From an uncultured Bacteroidota bacterium (GTDB taxonomy: Bacteria; Bacteroidota; Ignavibacteria; UBA10030; UBA6906): 64,000 nt of DNA. The notes under the pieces were generated by a model. That model searched no databases, was not told the origin of the DNA, and saw only the letters and a list, made by a program, of their open reading frames with translations. This document shows, piece after piece, positions 41,483-51,286 of the stretch (position 1 is the first letter of the stretch; each line of letters begins with the position of its first letter). Location: NCBI GenBank assembly GCA_963700635.1, contig CAVOYH010000005.1:224001-288000 (forward strand). The letters are read 5' to 3'. Made by a program: the position numbers and the translations under genes.

Positions 41483-42088
41483 ATGATGCTCACACGGCTC
41501 CTGATAGCTGGCCGCGCACTGGTCAATGGACCCCGCGACCAGACCCCGCTGGACCCCGGCGCGGTCAGGTGCATCCTGACCAGCGAAGTGACGCGGCTGG
41601 GTGATGTCCTGACAACAATTCCTGCACTCCGCCATCTCCGCTCAGCGTTTCCCGATGCCCGCATCGTCTGTGTGACAGACAGACGTTTTGTTTCGCTGCT
41701 GAAGGCGTGCAATATAGACGTCGAAGTGCTGGGAGTCTCTGCAACCGATACCATCGCCGGGTTATCCTCTGCCATCAGAACGGCCCGCCGGTACAAGCCC
41801 GATCTCGCACTCAGTCTCAGTCCGGCCAAACGGAACGCGGCCATTACTCTGGCATCAGGTGCACCGGCTGTGGCCGGATACTTCAGGCCGCTCAAGCAAG
41901 CGGCGCAACATCTGTTCCGGTCCGATGTTGAGGCGCAGGGGTTCGCACTCCCACATTCATCAGCATACGAATCGGAACATCTGGAAAATCGCGCATTGCA
42001 TGTTGTGGGTGCACTCACCGGTTACCCGGAGGCACCTGGACCGGAAAATCTCCCTGTCAGCGGGTCCCCGGCAACAGGCCCTCGATAG
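41483..42088 (+). CDS. Glycosyltransferase family 9, N-terminal part (frameshift near 42066)
   Basis: RLGDVLTTIPA, FPDARI; continues in +1 frame. Confidence 0.8.
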   Translation: MMLTRLLIAGRALVNGPRDQTPLDPGAVRCILTSEVTRLGDVLTTIPALRHLRSAFPDARIVCVTDRRFVSLLKACNIDVEVLGVSATDTIAGLSSAIRTARRYKPDLALSLSPAKRNAAITLASGAPAVAGYFRPLKQAAQHLFRSDVEAQGFALPHSSAYESEHLENRALHVVGALTGYPEAPGPENLPVSGSPATGPR

Positions 42089-42641
42089 ACTCCGCAAACA
42101 TTTGCCCGGTCTGGACATACCGTTCGTCGTGATCCATCCGTTTGCAGCGTGGCGCTACCGCGAATGGTCCGTTGAGAATTATGTTGCCCTGGGGAATATG
42201 GTGCTGGAAAGGTATGGACTTCCGGTGGTCTTCCTGGGTGAACACTCAGAGGCGTCTGCGCTCAGATCCATTGCCAGCCGCCTGCAGGAGAACAAGCGTG
42301 TCTCGGTATTTCCCTCCGATGATCTCCTCCTGTCAGCCGTGTTGCTTGAGAAGGCGACTCTGTTTGTAGGGAGTGATTCCGGGCCATTACATCTTGCCGC
42401 ACTTCTGGGCACGCCGGTGGTCGGGTTGTTTGGCCCATCCACTCCGGCCCTTACAGCCCCCGTTGTGCCTCACGGTGCATTCTTGTACGACGCAGTCCCG
42501 TGCTCTCCGTGCGCTCAAACGACGTGCGTTCAACCTGAAGATCACTGCATGCAGCGCCTTACCCCGGAGGCAGTCCTCGCAGCCATTGACCAGCTCCTCC
42601 AAACACCTCAAGCACACCGGATGGCCACACATGCAAAATGA
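41859..42641 (+). CDS. Glycosyltransferase family 9, C-terminal part (coding from about 42070)
   Basis: VIHPFA, REWS, GSDSGPLHLAA, LFGPS, CSPC. Confidence 0.8.
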   Translation: MHRLWPDTSGRSSKRRNICSGPMLRRRGSHSHIHQHTNRNIWKIAHCMLWVHSPVTRRHLDRKISLSAGPRQQALDRLRKHLPGLDIPFVVIHPFAAWRYREWSVENYVALGNMVLERYGLPVVFLGEHSEASALRSIASRLQENKRVSVFPSDDLLLSAVLLEKATLFVGSDSGPLHLAALLGTPVVGLFGPSTPALTAPVVPHGAFLYDAVPCSPCAQTTCVQPEDHCMQRLTPEAVLAAIDQLLQTPQAHRMATHAK

Positions 42642-43377
42642 CGGCGTGCTGGGAGTGCGTATAGATCCCTGCGAGAGTGATGGGCTTCTTAATGCAATCA
42701 CCAGCAGCATCAAGGACCGGCGCAGCGACGTGTATGCGTATGCGAATACCCATGCGCTGAATCTTGCCTGGTCGATGCCGGAATTCCGGGCATTTCTGAA
42801 TTCAGCCCACACGGTCTACTGCGATGGGGAAGGGGTCCGGCTCGCCGCCCGGTTACTCGGCTTCCGTCTTCCGCGCCGGATCGCCCTGACCTATTTCTTC
42901 TGGGATATCTGCAGGGAGGCCGAGCGATTGGGATACAGTATGTTTCTTCTCGGCTCACAAGAGGAACAACTGCAGGATGCCCGGAGTCGAATCCTTGCAC
43001 GCCATCCGGGGCTGCGCATTGCCGGATCACACCACGGCTTCTTCCCGAAAACCGGCCCCGAATCTGACGCCGTTGTCCGGACTATCCACTCGGCGAAACC
43101 GGACATTCTGTTTGTCGGATTTGGAATGCCCCTCCAGGAAAAGTGGATCTCAGCAAACCGCGAACGGCTCACCGCCTCCGCAATTCTTCCGTGCGGCTCC
43201 ATGATTGAGTATGCCAGCGGCCGGCGGACACTTGCTCCTGCATGGATGAGCAACCATGGTCTGGAGTGGGTCTACAGGCTTTTTCAGGAGCCGGGACGTC
43301 TGTGGAAACGTTACCTGCTGGGTAACCCCCTGTTTCTGTTACGGGTGATACGGCAACGATGGAGCAGAACACAATGA
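42631..43377 (+). CDS. WecB/TagA/CpsF (WecG-like) glycosyltransferase
   Basis: YCDGEG, HHGFF, VGFGMPLQEKW, APAW, LEWVYRL, RLWKRY. Confidence 0.93.
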   Translation: MQNDGVLGVRIDPCESDGLLNAITSSIKDRRSDVYAYANTHALNLAWSMPEFRAFLNSAHTVYCDGEGVRLAARLLGFRLPRRIALTYFFWDICREAERLGYSMFLLGSQEEQLQDARSRILARHPGLRIAGSHHGFFPKTGPESDAVVRTIHSAKPDILFVGFGMPLQEKWISANRERLTASAILPCGSMIEYASGRRTLAPAWMSNHGLEWVYRLFQEPGRLWKRYLLGNPLFLLRVIRQRWSRTQ

Positions 43378-46300
43378 TGAGGCGGATCGTGCGGAACATC
43401 TCTGTCGTAGCACTGCTGCTTTTTGCGGGAGGATACTGTGCGGAAGCGCTTCCAGCCAACGCGGAACCTTTCCGGCTCGTCTCGCAAACTCCAACTTCCT
43501 GGACGTATGACTACACACCTTCGCCCCTGTTACCTCAGACCATCATCATCGATGGGTTGCCGCACCATTTGTACGGAGGGAACGAAACAGCTGAGAACGC
43601 AGGCCAACCCCTTCTTCCCATAGAAGTCCTTACGCTCGGCGTGCCGTTTGAGGGAACGGTAACGGCAGAACTGACGGATGTATCCTATGCCGACGAACAG
43701 GGTGTGCTCGTTGCCCCTTCACCGACATACACACGGACCGAGGAGGGGGAGGCCCTCCCTTCGTACACGAAGATTGCGGATGTGTATGCACAGGATCGGT
43801 TCTTTCCCTCTGCGGTTCTGGGAATTGAAGAACCGTACACAGTCCGGCATGCGCGGCTGACCACAATTCGTCTCTCGCCCATTCAATACAATCCCACGAC
43901 CAGGGTGCTCAGACGCCTGTCCCGGGCCACGCTGGTGGTACGCCTCAGGACGGTACCCTTGCTCAAGGCGGCTCCCGGTCTGCAGGTAACCCGTGATCCG
44001 CACTTCGAAGCACAGTACCGATCCATGATGGTCAATTACACGGATGCCATGGAGTGGCGCTACAGGGACGCATCCACTGCGAAGACAGACTCATCCGGGA
44101 ACTGGTTCACACCCGGCGCATCGTACATACGCCTCCCGATCGCACATGACGGGTGGTATCGTATCACCCTGAGCGACCTTTCCGCTCTCGGGGTCGCGCC
44201 TCCGGCCCTGGATACTTCCACGGTGAAGCTCTTCTTCAAGGGGCAGCAGGTCCCCTTGCAGATCGACCCGGACAGGTCCCTGCACTTCTACGGGATGCGC
44301 AAACATGGAGATTCCACATATCTCGACTATTACACCGACACAAGCGCCTACTGGCTCGCATGGCAGAATCCCGGGGCGGGCATCCGTTATCAACAAGTTC
44401 CGAATCTGACCCTCGCGCCGGTTGATACCCAGTTCGCTTCCCGCCATCTTGTCCATTGTGAAGAGAACAAGGATTATTATGAAGGAACCGGTGACGCCGA
44501 GGTGACGCTCAACGGTCTGGCGCCCGGCGAGGGGTGGGCCTGGGAGTATTTTTATCCGAACACCACTGCAAATTTTGATTGTACTCTGGACAATGTCTGG
44601 ACTGCCGGAGATTCGACTGCTACCATTCGTGTGCGGCTGTTCAGTACCACCCGGTATTATAACACTCCGGATCATATTGCCCGGTTCTGGATCAACGATT
44701 CGCTTCTTGGAGAAAAGAGTTTTCAGGGGCGCACCCAGGGGCTGTTTCTCGTCAGTTTCCCTTCGCGGTGGCTGAAAGAAGGTGCCAACAGTCTCAGGAT
44801 TCAGTCCATACCCACGGCAAGCTCTCCCAATCAATTCTACCTCGATTGGTTTGAAATAGAGTACGTGCGCTCACACGTTGCCGTGAATGGTCACGCTGTC
44901 TGTTCTCTTTCTCCGCGCGCGGGTGAGCCTGAGGCCAGGATCTCGGTCCGGGGTTTTCCCTCGCCAGCAATTCGTGTTCTGGACCTGACGACAGGGCGGG
45001 CGATTCAAACCGTGACGGTAACGGCCGATGGCGGAGGAACATATCGTGCGGTTTTTGATGATACCCTGACGGTCGCACGGCGGTATCTTGTCGTCGCTGA
45101 CACATCAGCCATGCAGGTCACGAATGCAAGCCGGAAGACGTTCGCCGGATTACGCCAGCATGGCACCGGGGCTGATTACATCATCATCACGCATGGGCTT
45201 TTCCGGCAGGCGGCCAACACGCTCGCAGCGCACCGCCAGGCACGCAACGGGGTGCGTGCTGTGGTCGTGGATGTCCAGGATATCTATGATGAATTTAATT
45301 ACGGCCATCTGAGCAGCGAATGTATCAAGGACTTCCTCCGCCATACGTATACAACCTGGCCTGCGCCCGCTCCGGCGTATGTGCTCATGTTCGGGGATGC
45401 CTGCTGGGACTTTCGACGGAATATGGCCTCGAGTGTTATGACGAACTATGTCCCGGCCTACGGAGTCCCGGCCGGGGACAACTGGTATGTGTGTTTTGAT
45501 TCCACGCGTCCCTTCCTGCCCTCCATACAGATTGGCCGGCTCCCGGTACAAAACCCCGCGCAGGCTGCTGCTGTCGCGGATAAGGTGATAGGATATGATT
45601 CGTACACACTTGCCGACTGGAACAAGAACTTTCTGTTTATCTCGGGCGGGACCACGCCGACCGAAAAGATCACGTTCGACGGTCAGAGTAATGCATTGAT
45701 TCAGGATATCGTTCTGCCTGCGCCGATAGGCGGAACACCATTCCGGGTGTACAAAACCACAGCCAACACGATTGACGGGGAGAACAAGCAGCTCCTGCGC
45801 AGTCTGGTCAAAGACGGACTTGTGTTTATGAATTTCCTCGGTCATTCGGGAGGACGAATCTGGGGAGTGGACATCGGCACGCCCGCCGATCTGGAGAACA
45901 CCACCGGGATGCTTCCGTTTGTAACATCCGTGAGCTGTAACGTCGCGGCTTTCGCGGAACCATCCAGTAACGTGCTCTCGGAAGATTTTGTTCTGGCCGA
46001 TCATCGGGGTGCTGTGGGGATGTGGGCATCATCATCGGTGGGGTATGCGAACATCGGGGCAAGTCTGGTGCGCAACTTCCTCGAGAATGTCCGTAATGAC
46101 ACTGCCAGAGTGCTTGGCAAGATCACCACAGGGGCGCTGATCAAACTCTGGCAAACGCGCGGGTCGGACTATGTTACTTTAGCGTCAGTCAATTTGAACC
46201 CTCTGCTGGGTGATCCGCTCACAGCGCTTGCCATCCCGCGAAAGCCCGATCTGGCGATCACCCCGCAGGACCTGGCATTAACTCTGCAGACACCCACGCC

Positions 46301-46535
46301 GATGGATACGGCGGTCCATGTGCGTATGGTTGCGCACAACTACGGACTCGTCCCGTCTGACAGCGTCGCCCTTTCCATGACCGATGCTTCCGCGAGTGGA
46401 GTTGATTCCGTGGTGCAGGTCCCTGCGTATACGGCCGACTCTTCACCGCGACACTGTTCTGATACCATGGCGCGGAACATCGGTACGAGGTTCGCATCTG
46501 CTGCATGTCACTCTGGATCCGGCGCTGACGATTGA
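43359..46535 (+). CDS. C25 family cysteine peptidase (gingipain/PorU-like), N-terminal part
   Basis: Signal peptide, propeptide, DYIIIT, DIYDEFNYG, GRLPV, catalytic FLGHSG and VSCNV, LLGDP; frameshift near 46417. Confidence 0.9.
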   Translation: MEQNTMMRRIVRNISVVALLLFAGGYCAEALPANAEPFRLVSQTPTSWTYDYTPSPLLPQTIIIDGLPHHLYGGNETAENAGQPLLPIEVLTLGVPFEGTVTAELTDVSYADEQGVLVAPSPTYTRTEEGEALPSYTKIADVYAQDRFFPSAVLGIEEPYTVRHARLTTIRLSPIQYNPTTRVLRRLSRATLVVRLRTVPLLKAAPGLQVTRDPHFEAQYRSMMVNYTDAMEWRYRDASTAKTDSSGNWFTPGASYIRLPIAHDGWYRITLSDLSALGVAPPALDTSTVKLFFKGQQVPLQIDPDRSLHFYGMRKHGDSTYLDYYTDTSAYWLAWQNPGAGIRYQQVPNLTLAPVDTQFASRHLVHCEENKDYYEGTGDAEVTLNGLAPGEGWAWEYFYPNTTANFDCTLDNVWTAGDSTATIRVRLFSTTRYYNTPDHIARFWINDSLLGEKSFQGRTQGLFLVSFPSRWLKEGANSLRIQSIPTASSPNQFYLDWFEIEYVRSHVAVNGHAVCSLSPRAGEPEARISVRGFPSPAIRVLDLTTGRAIQTVTVTADGGGTYRAVFDDTLTVARRYLVVADTSAMQVTNASRKTFAGLRQHGTGADYIIITHGLFRQAANTLAAHRQARNGVRAVVVDVQDIYDEFNYGHLSSECIKDFLRHTYTTWPAPAPAYVLMFGDACWDFRRNMASSVMTNYVPAYGVPAGDNWYVCFDSTRPFLPSIQIGRLPVQNPAQAAAVADKVIGYDSYTLADWNKNFLFISGGTTPTEKITFDGQSNALIQDIVLPAPIGGTPFRVYKTTANTIDGENKQLLRSLVKDGLVFMNFLGHSGGRIWGVDIGTPADLENTTGMLPFVTSVSCNVAAFAEPSSNVLSEDFVLADHRGAVGMWASSSVGYANIGASLVRNFLENVRNDTARVLGKITTGALIKLWQTRGSDYVTLASVNLNPLLGDPLTALAIPRKPDLAITPQDLALTLQTPTPMDTAVHVRMVAHNYGLVPSDSVALSMTDASASGVDSVVQVPAYTADSSPRHCSDTMARNIGTRFASAACHSGSGADD

Positions 46536-48783
46536 TGAAGTATCAAAGACAAACAACAGCGCCACGCTGGCGGCGTATGTTTCCGCGCACACGATTCTGG
46601 CTGTGCGTCCGCTCATTAATCAGGCCATCGCCCCCGGTGCGGTGGAACTGGTGGTCAGTACGCCCGTGTCGGGGGATACCGGCGTCACAGCGTACGAGTT
46701 TGAGCTTGATACGTCGATGGGATTCATCGCCGGATCTGCCATCACGTCGGGCCTGTTGCAGCCTGGTCCCGTCGGGGGGCGATGGACTACGCCGGTGTTA
46801 TCCACGCCGGGAGTCTATTTCTGGCGGGCACGCACGAGGGTGGATACGCTGGTCGGAAAATGGGTGGTGGGGCGGTTTTTGATCGATGCAGGGGCTCCGC
46901 CCGGGCCGATGGTTTTGTGGCGTGAAAAAACCGGAACACAGTTTTCAGCCGGACTCCCCGCCGGAACCGGCGCTACGGATTCGGGTGTAACACTTCGTGC
47001 GTCTCCCTCGTTGACTGTGGGTGCCCGATCTCTCGGGTACCGTGCAGATGCAAACAAGGATTTCTACAGTACCATCTGGGTGAACGAGCAGACCGTGACG
47101 GGATTCTGGTGGGAACACGGGAGCAGCTTTATGGTGGTACGATTGAACGCGTTCTCGGGCGCATTCAATTTTAAGGCTTTTAATGTTGCCGGCAATGCGG
47201 CTCTCGCCGATTCGATGAAGAATTTTCTGGATGCTACGAACAATGGGGACTATCTCCTCATCACCGTAATTTTTGACGGATACTCGAATGTCTCGGAAGC
47301 TCTGCGTACGAGTTTACGATCACTCGGAAGCACGCGGATTGATTCTGTGCGCCCGGGCCATTCCTGGATGCTCATTGCCAGAAAGCAGGCCGCACCCCCG
47401 TATTTTGCCCTTGAACAGTGGAGTCCGGCCGGAGTCGCAGAGGACAGTACGACGATTCCGAACAATTACGCGGTGGGAACCGGAACGTACGTTTCGGTCC
47501 GAAATCCATTTCCTTCTCTTTTCGAAAAACTACGATGGACGCCTCAGCTCACCGCAGGGGTTCATACCATGCGTGCTGCCGTGCTGGGGGTGAGGTCCGA
47601 CGGTTCAGCTGACACGCTTGCCCGTGTTGAATCTAATGAACCTGAACAGGATCTCGCCGGACTCACCCCGTTGTTTGCTGATTCGGCATACACTCATGTC
47701 GGGATTTCGGCAACACTCACGACGACTGACGCGCTTACCACGCCGGTTCTGAGGGAGTGGTCGATGGGCTTCATTCCTCCGGCAGATCTCGCGGTTAGCG
47801 GGCGGACGGTTGGGGAAAGGGCCCTGATCCTGGCAAAAGGTACCGGGATTCAGATTCCGCTCACGATACACAACATCGGATATCGAACTTGCGACAGCGT
47901 GCGGATTCGCATAGATCTTAAAAAACCTGACGGAACCGGGCAACCGCTCTCCCATGCCACCGCCGGAAGTATCCCGGTCGACAGCAACCGAACCATAATG
48001 TTGTCCGTTCCGACAGATGGACTCTCGGGCTTCAACATCCTCAACGTCATCGTGTCACCTCCGGCCGGCATCCGGGACCTCCTTGCGGAGAACAATCTGG
48101 CCAGCGTGGTGGTCAATGTCACATCGGTGGATGAACCTCTTGCGGCCACAGTCCGTGTGTACGCGGACGGCGTACCGTTGATGGATGGGGATTACGTGTC
48201 CAGCCGGCCGCAGTTCTTGATCCAGCTCGCAGAGCTGACAGGCATCAGGCAGGGGCAGGAGAGGGTACAGCTTTATGCCGATAACCGGCTTGTAAGTTCA
48301 GAAGGCGGGACGGTCAATGGCACGACCTCGCAGACGGGAGCCGCGGCAGACGGTTTTGTATTTTCGCCCCAGCTCAGCGATGGACCGCATGAGCTTGCCG
48401 TGCGTCTGTATCGCTGGAACGGGACGTCCGGGATAGACTCTGTCGAGCACCGGCTGGTTGTTACTGTCGTGAGTGACACGCGGATCCTGCGTGTGTACAA
48501 CTATCCCAACCCCTTCTCTACATCCACAGAGTTTACCTTCGTCCTCACCGGAGCGCGTGCGCCGGAGGACTTGACGATCAGGATCTTCACGATAGCCGGC
48601 CGTCGTATTCAGGAGTTACGTGTCCCGCACACTGACCTCAAAGTGGGATTTAACCGAATTCACTGGGACGGGCGTGACAGTGACGGTGACGAGATAGCGA
48701 ATGGATACTATCTGTATCAGATCCAGGTAAAGGGAGAGGGTAAGGTGGAGACTGCTGTGGAGAAGCTGGCCAAAGTGAGGTGA
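46384..48783 (+). CDS. C25 peptidase C-terminal part: CARDB-like, ILEI-like and T9SS sorting domains
   Basis: DEVSKTNN and AENN CARDB-like ends; NYPNPF, IFTIAGRRI, WDGRDSDGDEIANGYYLY tail. Confidence 0.85.
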   Translation: MLPRVELIPWCRSLRIRPTLHRDTVLIPWRGTSVRGSHLLHVTLDPALTIDEVSKTNNSATLAAYVSAHTILAVRPLINQAIAPGAVELVVSTPVSGDTGVTAYEFELDTSMGFIAGSAITSGLLQPGPVGGRWTTPVLSTPGVYFWRARTRVDTLVGKWVVGRFLIDAGAPPGPMVLWREKTGTQFSAGLPAGTGATDSGVTLRASPSLTVGARSLGYRADANKDFYSTIWVNEQTVTGFWWEHGSSFMVVRLNAFSGAFNFKAFNVAGNAALADSMKNFLDATNNGDYLLITVIFDGYSNVSEALRTSLRSLGSTRIDSVRPGHSWMLIARKQAAPPYFALEQWSPAGVAEDSTTIPNNYAVGTGTYVSVRNPFPSLFEKLRWTPQLTAGVHTMRAAVLGVRSDGSADTLARVESNEPEQDLAGLTPLFADSAYTHVGISATLTTTDALTTPVLREWSMGFIPPADLAVSGRTVGERALILAKGTGIQIPLTIHNIGYRTCDSVRIRIDLKKPDGTGQPLSHATAGSIPVDSNRTIMLSVPTDGLSGFNILNVIVSPPAGIRDLLAENNLASVVVNVTSVDEPLAATVRVYADGVPLMDGDYVSSRPQFLIQLAELTGIRQGQERVQLYADNRLVSSEGGTVNGTTSQTGAAADGFVFSPQLSDGPHELAVRLYRWNGTSGIDSVEHRLVVTVVSDTRILRVYNYPNPFSTSTEFTFVLTGARAPEDLTIRIFTIAGRRIQELRVPHTDLKVGFNRIHWDGRDSDGDEIANGYYLYQIQVKGEGKVETAVEKLAKVR

Positions 48784-48807
48784 AACAGGATTACGCAGAG
48801 AAAACGA

Positions 48808-48837
48808 AGAGAGAAGAATCCGTGGATTCTTCTCTCT
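48808..48837. terminator. Hairpin between convergent genes
   Basis: AGAGAGAAGAATC-cgtg-GATTCTTCTCTCT. Confidence 0.7.
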
Positions 48838-48876
48838 GTCGAATGGAGCTACACCCCGCCGCATGTGTCAAGCGTG

Positions 48877-49320
48877 TTACGCTGCATCCTTCCCGAACCC
48901 CGACTCCATCTCTTCCTTTTTCAGGAGTTTCCAGATCGTCCGTTCTGACATTGAGATGTTATAACGTTTCTCGAGATAGGCGCGCAGACGGCGCTGTCCG
49001 TAGCCGGTCTGTTCACGCGCTTCTCTGAGAATCCGGATGGAGCTTTCCGGCGTTGCGCGCGGGAATCGATGGGGACGCCGCGACCGATCAACAAGCGCCT
49101 TGGTGTTCCCCTTGTCCTGCTGATACCGTTTAAACCACTTATAAAAAGTCTTACGGCTTATGCCGAACTTCCGGCACACCGCCTGCACGTTTTTTGTTTC
49201 CTCGTAGCACAGCATCCAGGCCAACCGCGGATGCAGCGACCCGCCCAGGGGTGAGTCTTCCGGAGGATATGCAGCTCTCCCCGCATGTTCGTCCGCACGT
49301 TTTTCGTTATGTTCTTCCAT
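48877..49320 (-). CDS. Helix-turn-helix protein resembling the IS481 transposase N-terminus, no catalytic core
   Basis: VCRKFGISRKTFYKWFKRY, LVDRSRRPH, YGQRRL, SERTIWKLL; AGGAG SD. Confidence 0.8.
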   Translation of the reverse strand: MEEHNEKRADEHAGRAAYPPEDSPLGGSLHPRLAWMLCYEETKNVQAVCRKFGISRKTFYKWFKRYQQDKGNTKALVDRSRRPHRFPRATPESSIRILREAREQTGYGQRRLRAYLEKRYNISMSERTIWKLLKKEEMESGFGKDAA

Positions 49321-49340
49321 TCGCTCTCCTGTACCCTCCG

Positions 49341-51065
49341 TTATTTCACGTACACCATTTTTCCGGTTCCGCTCGACTGTCCCGCCTGAAGGCGATAATA
49401 GTAGACGCCGCTTGCTGTCACGCCTGTTTGTTCCGTCGTGAAAAGAGCCAGATGTGTGCCGGCTTCCTGATACGCGTCGATGAGAATGCCTATTTCCTGG
49501 CCGATTTCATTGTACACCGTCAACCGCACCATGCCCGCCGTTGGCAGCGAATAGCGGATTGTCGTGGAGGGGTTAAACGGATTGGGATAGTTTTGTTCAA
49601 GGCTAAACTGATGGGGAAATGAACCCTCGGTAACAGTCGTGACATTTGAAGGAAGTTCCACCAGGACTGCATCGGAGAAATGTTCGCTCCCGTCCAGATC
49701 CACCTGGCGCAGCCGTATGTAGATGCATCCCGAAATCCTGTCACTGCACACCCAGCCAAAAACATACGCGTGCTGTTCGAGTGTCGTCCCATGCCCCGCA
49801 ATGAACCCCCCGGGGATGTCTTCGAAGATACCGTTATCGGCGTTCTTCATCTGGACAAAGAACCCGTAGTTGTTCAACTCGCTGAGAGTTGTCCACGAAA
49901 GCTGGATCTGTGAACTCCTCGTGTTGTATGACCCTTCAAATGAAGCCAGTTGGACCGGGAGCAGCCCGTCGACCAATGTGATCGTGGTCTTGGGGTCGCC
50001 GATCACGACATCCATCCAGGAGACATAACGGGATGCCATAAAATAACTTTCCGCCAGATTGTAGCCCGACACATAACGGTCGAACAACACGGCGGAGTTT
50101 GCCATGGAGCTTGCATAGGGTTCGTACACGTAACCTTTAACCCCGCTCACCCCTTCACGGACCAGGTCGGCGACAAGAGACTGGCCATAGGACGGCGGGT
50201 CTTCGAAGGAGCGGCCTGAAGTGGAGACGTACGTTTCGGCGAGCGCACCCCTGGCCCACGAATTGCCGGGCATCGCATATTGAGAGAACTGATCCGCACA
50301 GCGGTCATTGCTCCCCCAGCTCACATACCCCACAACTTCATGGCGCATCGTGACGTATACAGAATCGGTGTTCAGCTCAACGGTTTTTCCCCGGGCGATG
50401 AGTCCTGCACAGGCCTGGGAGAGGTAATCATTAAGATAGGGAGCCGTTGTGTTCCATGAGGGATCCTGATCGAATACAAACCGTGACAACGAGTTCACGC
50501 GGGTTTCCGGTCCACTCCGATCGATGAGGTCGAGCACCTCCTGCGTGGAATATCCGTCAAGACGTGTCACAAGGTACATGTTATAGGCCGCGCGTGTAAA
50601 CTGTGCTGTCCTGGCGTAGTATGATGAGTACGGTCTCCCGCTTCCGCCGATAAGGTGGGCATTGGAACTCAGAATCAGCATGAGTTCACTTTCCACGGAC
50701 GACGAAGGTGAATTTAGAGAAAAGGTGTCGCCCCGGTTGACTTTCAGCGGTACGCCCTTGGTGGTGACAAGGTAGTTGATCGTGTTCACAAGGTTATTTG
50801 CCTGGAGGTACGATTCGATCTGACCGCGCAGGGATTGGAATTCGGCATCATCGATTTCTTCGTTTTGCGATACATTGACATAGACCAGATTCGCGGCCGG
50901 TATGTCGCGTTTTGCCTTGAAATAATCACCGATCGTCCGGGATGCCTGGCTGTTTGTATTCACGATCACCGCCACATCACTGTAATCGGTGGCAGCATAT
51001 GATACAGTGCAGGGACCAAACACCAGTCCGACCAGAGCGAGTGCGCACGGTGTCGCGCGCCTCAT
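49341..51065 (-). CDS. TIGR03790 family protein with T9SS type A sorting domain
   Basis: DVAVIVN, YLVTTKGVP, YLVTRLDG, GVKGYVYEP, GYNLAES, SWMDVVIGDP; LPVQLASF spacer; QNYPNPFNPST tail; GGAGG SD. Confidence 0.85.
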   Translation of the reverse strand: MRRATPCALALVGLVFGPCTVSYAATDYSDVAVIVNTNSQASRTIGDYFKAKRDIPAANLVYVNVSQNEEIDDAEFQSLRGQIESYLQANNLVNTINYLVTTKGVPLKVNRGDTFSLNSPSSSVESELMLILSSNAHLIGGSGRPYSSYYARTAQFTRAAYNMYLVTRLDGYSTQEVLDLIDRSGPETRVNSLSRFVFDQDPSWNTTAPYLNDYLSQACAGLIARGKTVELNTDSVYVTMRHEVVGYVSWGSNDRCADQFSQYAMPGNSWARGALAETYVSTSGRSFEDPPSYGQSLVADLVREGVSGVKGYVYEPYASSMANSAVLFDRYVSGYNLAESYFMASRYVSWMDVVIGDPKTTITLVDGLLPVQLASFEGSYNTRSSQIQLSWTTLSELNNYGFFVQMKNADNGIFEDIPGGFIAGHGTTLEQHAYVFGWVCSDRISGCIYIRLRQVDLDGSEHFSDAVLVELPSNVTTVTEGSFPHQFSLEQNYPNPFNPSTTIRYSLPTAGMVRLTVYNEIGQEIGILIDAYQEAGTHLALFTTEQTGVTASGVYYYRLQAGQSSGTGKMVYVK

Positions 51066-51232
51066 GTGAGTTCCTCCGTTTTCATCGATGACATTCATTC
51101 ACGGCATGTGCCACATCGGTGACAGCGGGGAAAACGTCAAAAAGCGGGAGAATCCAACGAAAATCAGAAATTCAGAGCGTATGCCGGGGTGTGGATTCTA
51201 CATGCGGATTGTAAAGTTTGCCTGAAGTTTCG

Positions 51233-51261
51233 TTGCACTGTGTAATCATTTCCCCTATATT
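51233..51261 (+). promoter_or_regulatory. sigma70-type promoter
   Basis: TTGCAC-17 nt-TATATT. Confidence 0.6.
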
Positions 51262-51286
51262 CACCTAACCATCAGAAGGAGAAAGC

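Noticed and set aside
51098-51115. TGGCAC sigma54-like box upstream of the TIGR03790 gene
   Set aside because: The -12 element reads GTGAA and lacks the conserved GC
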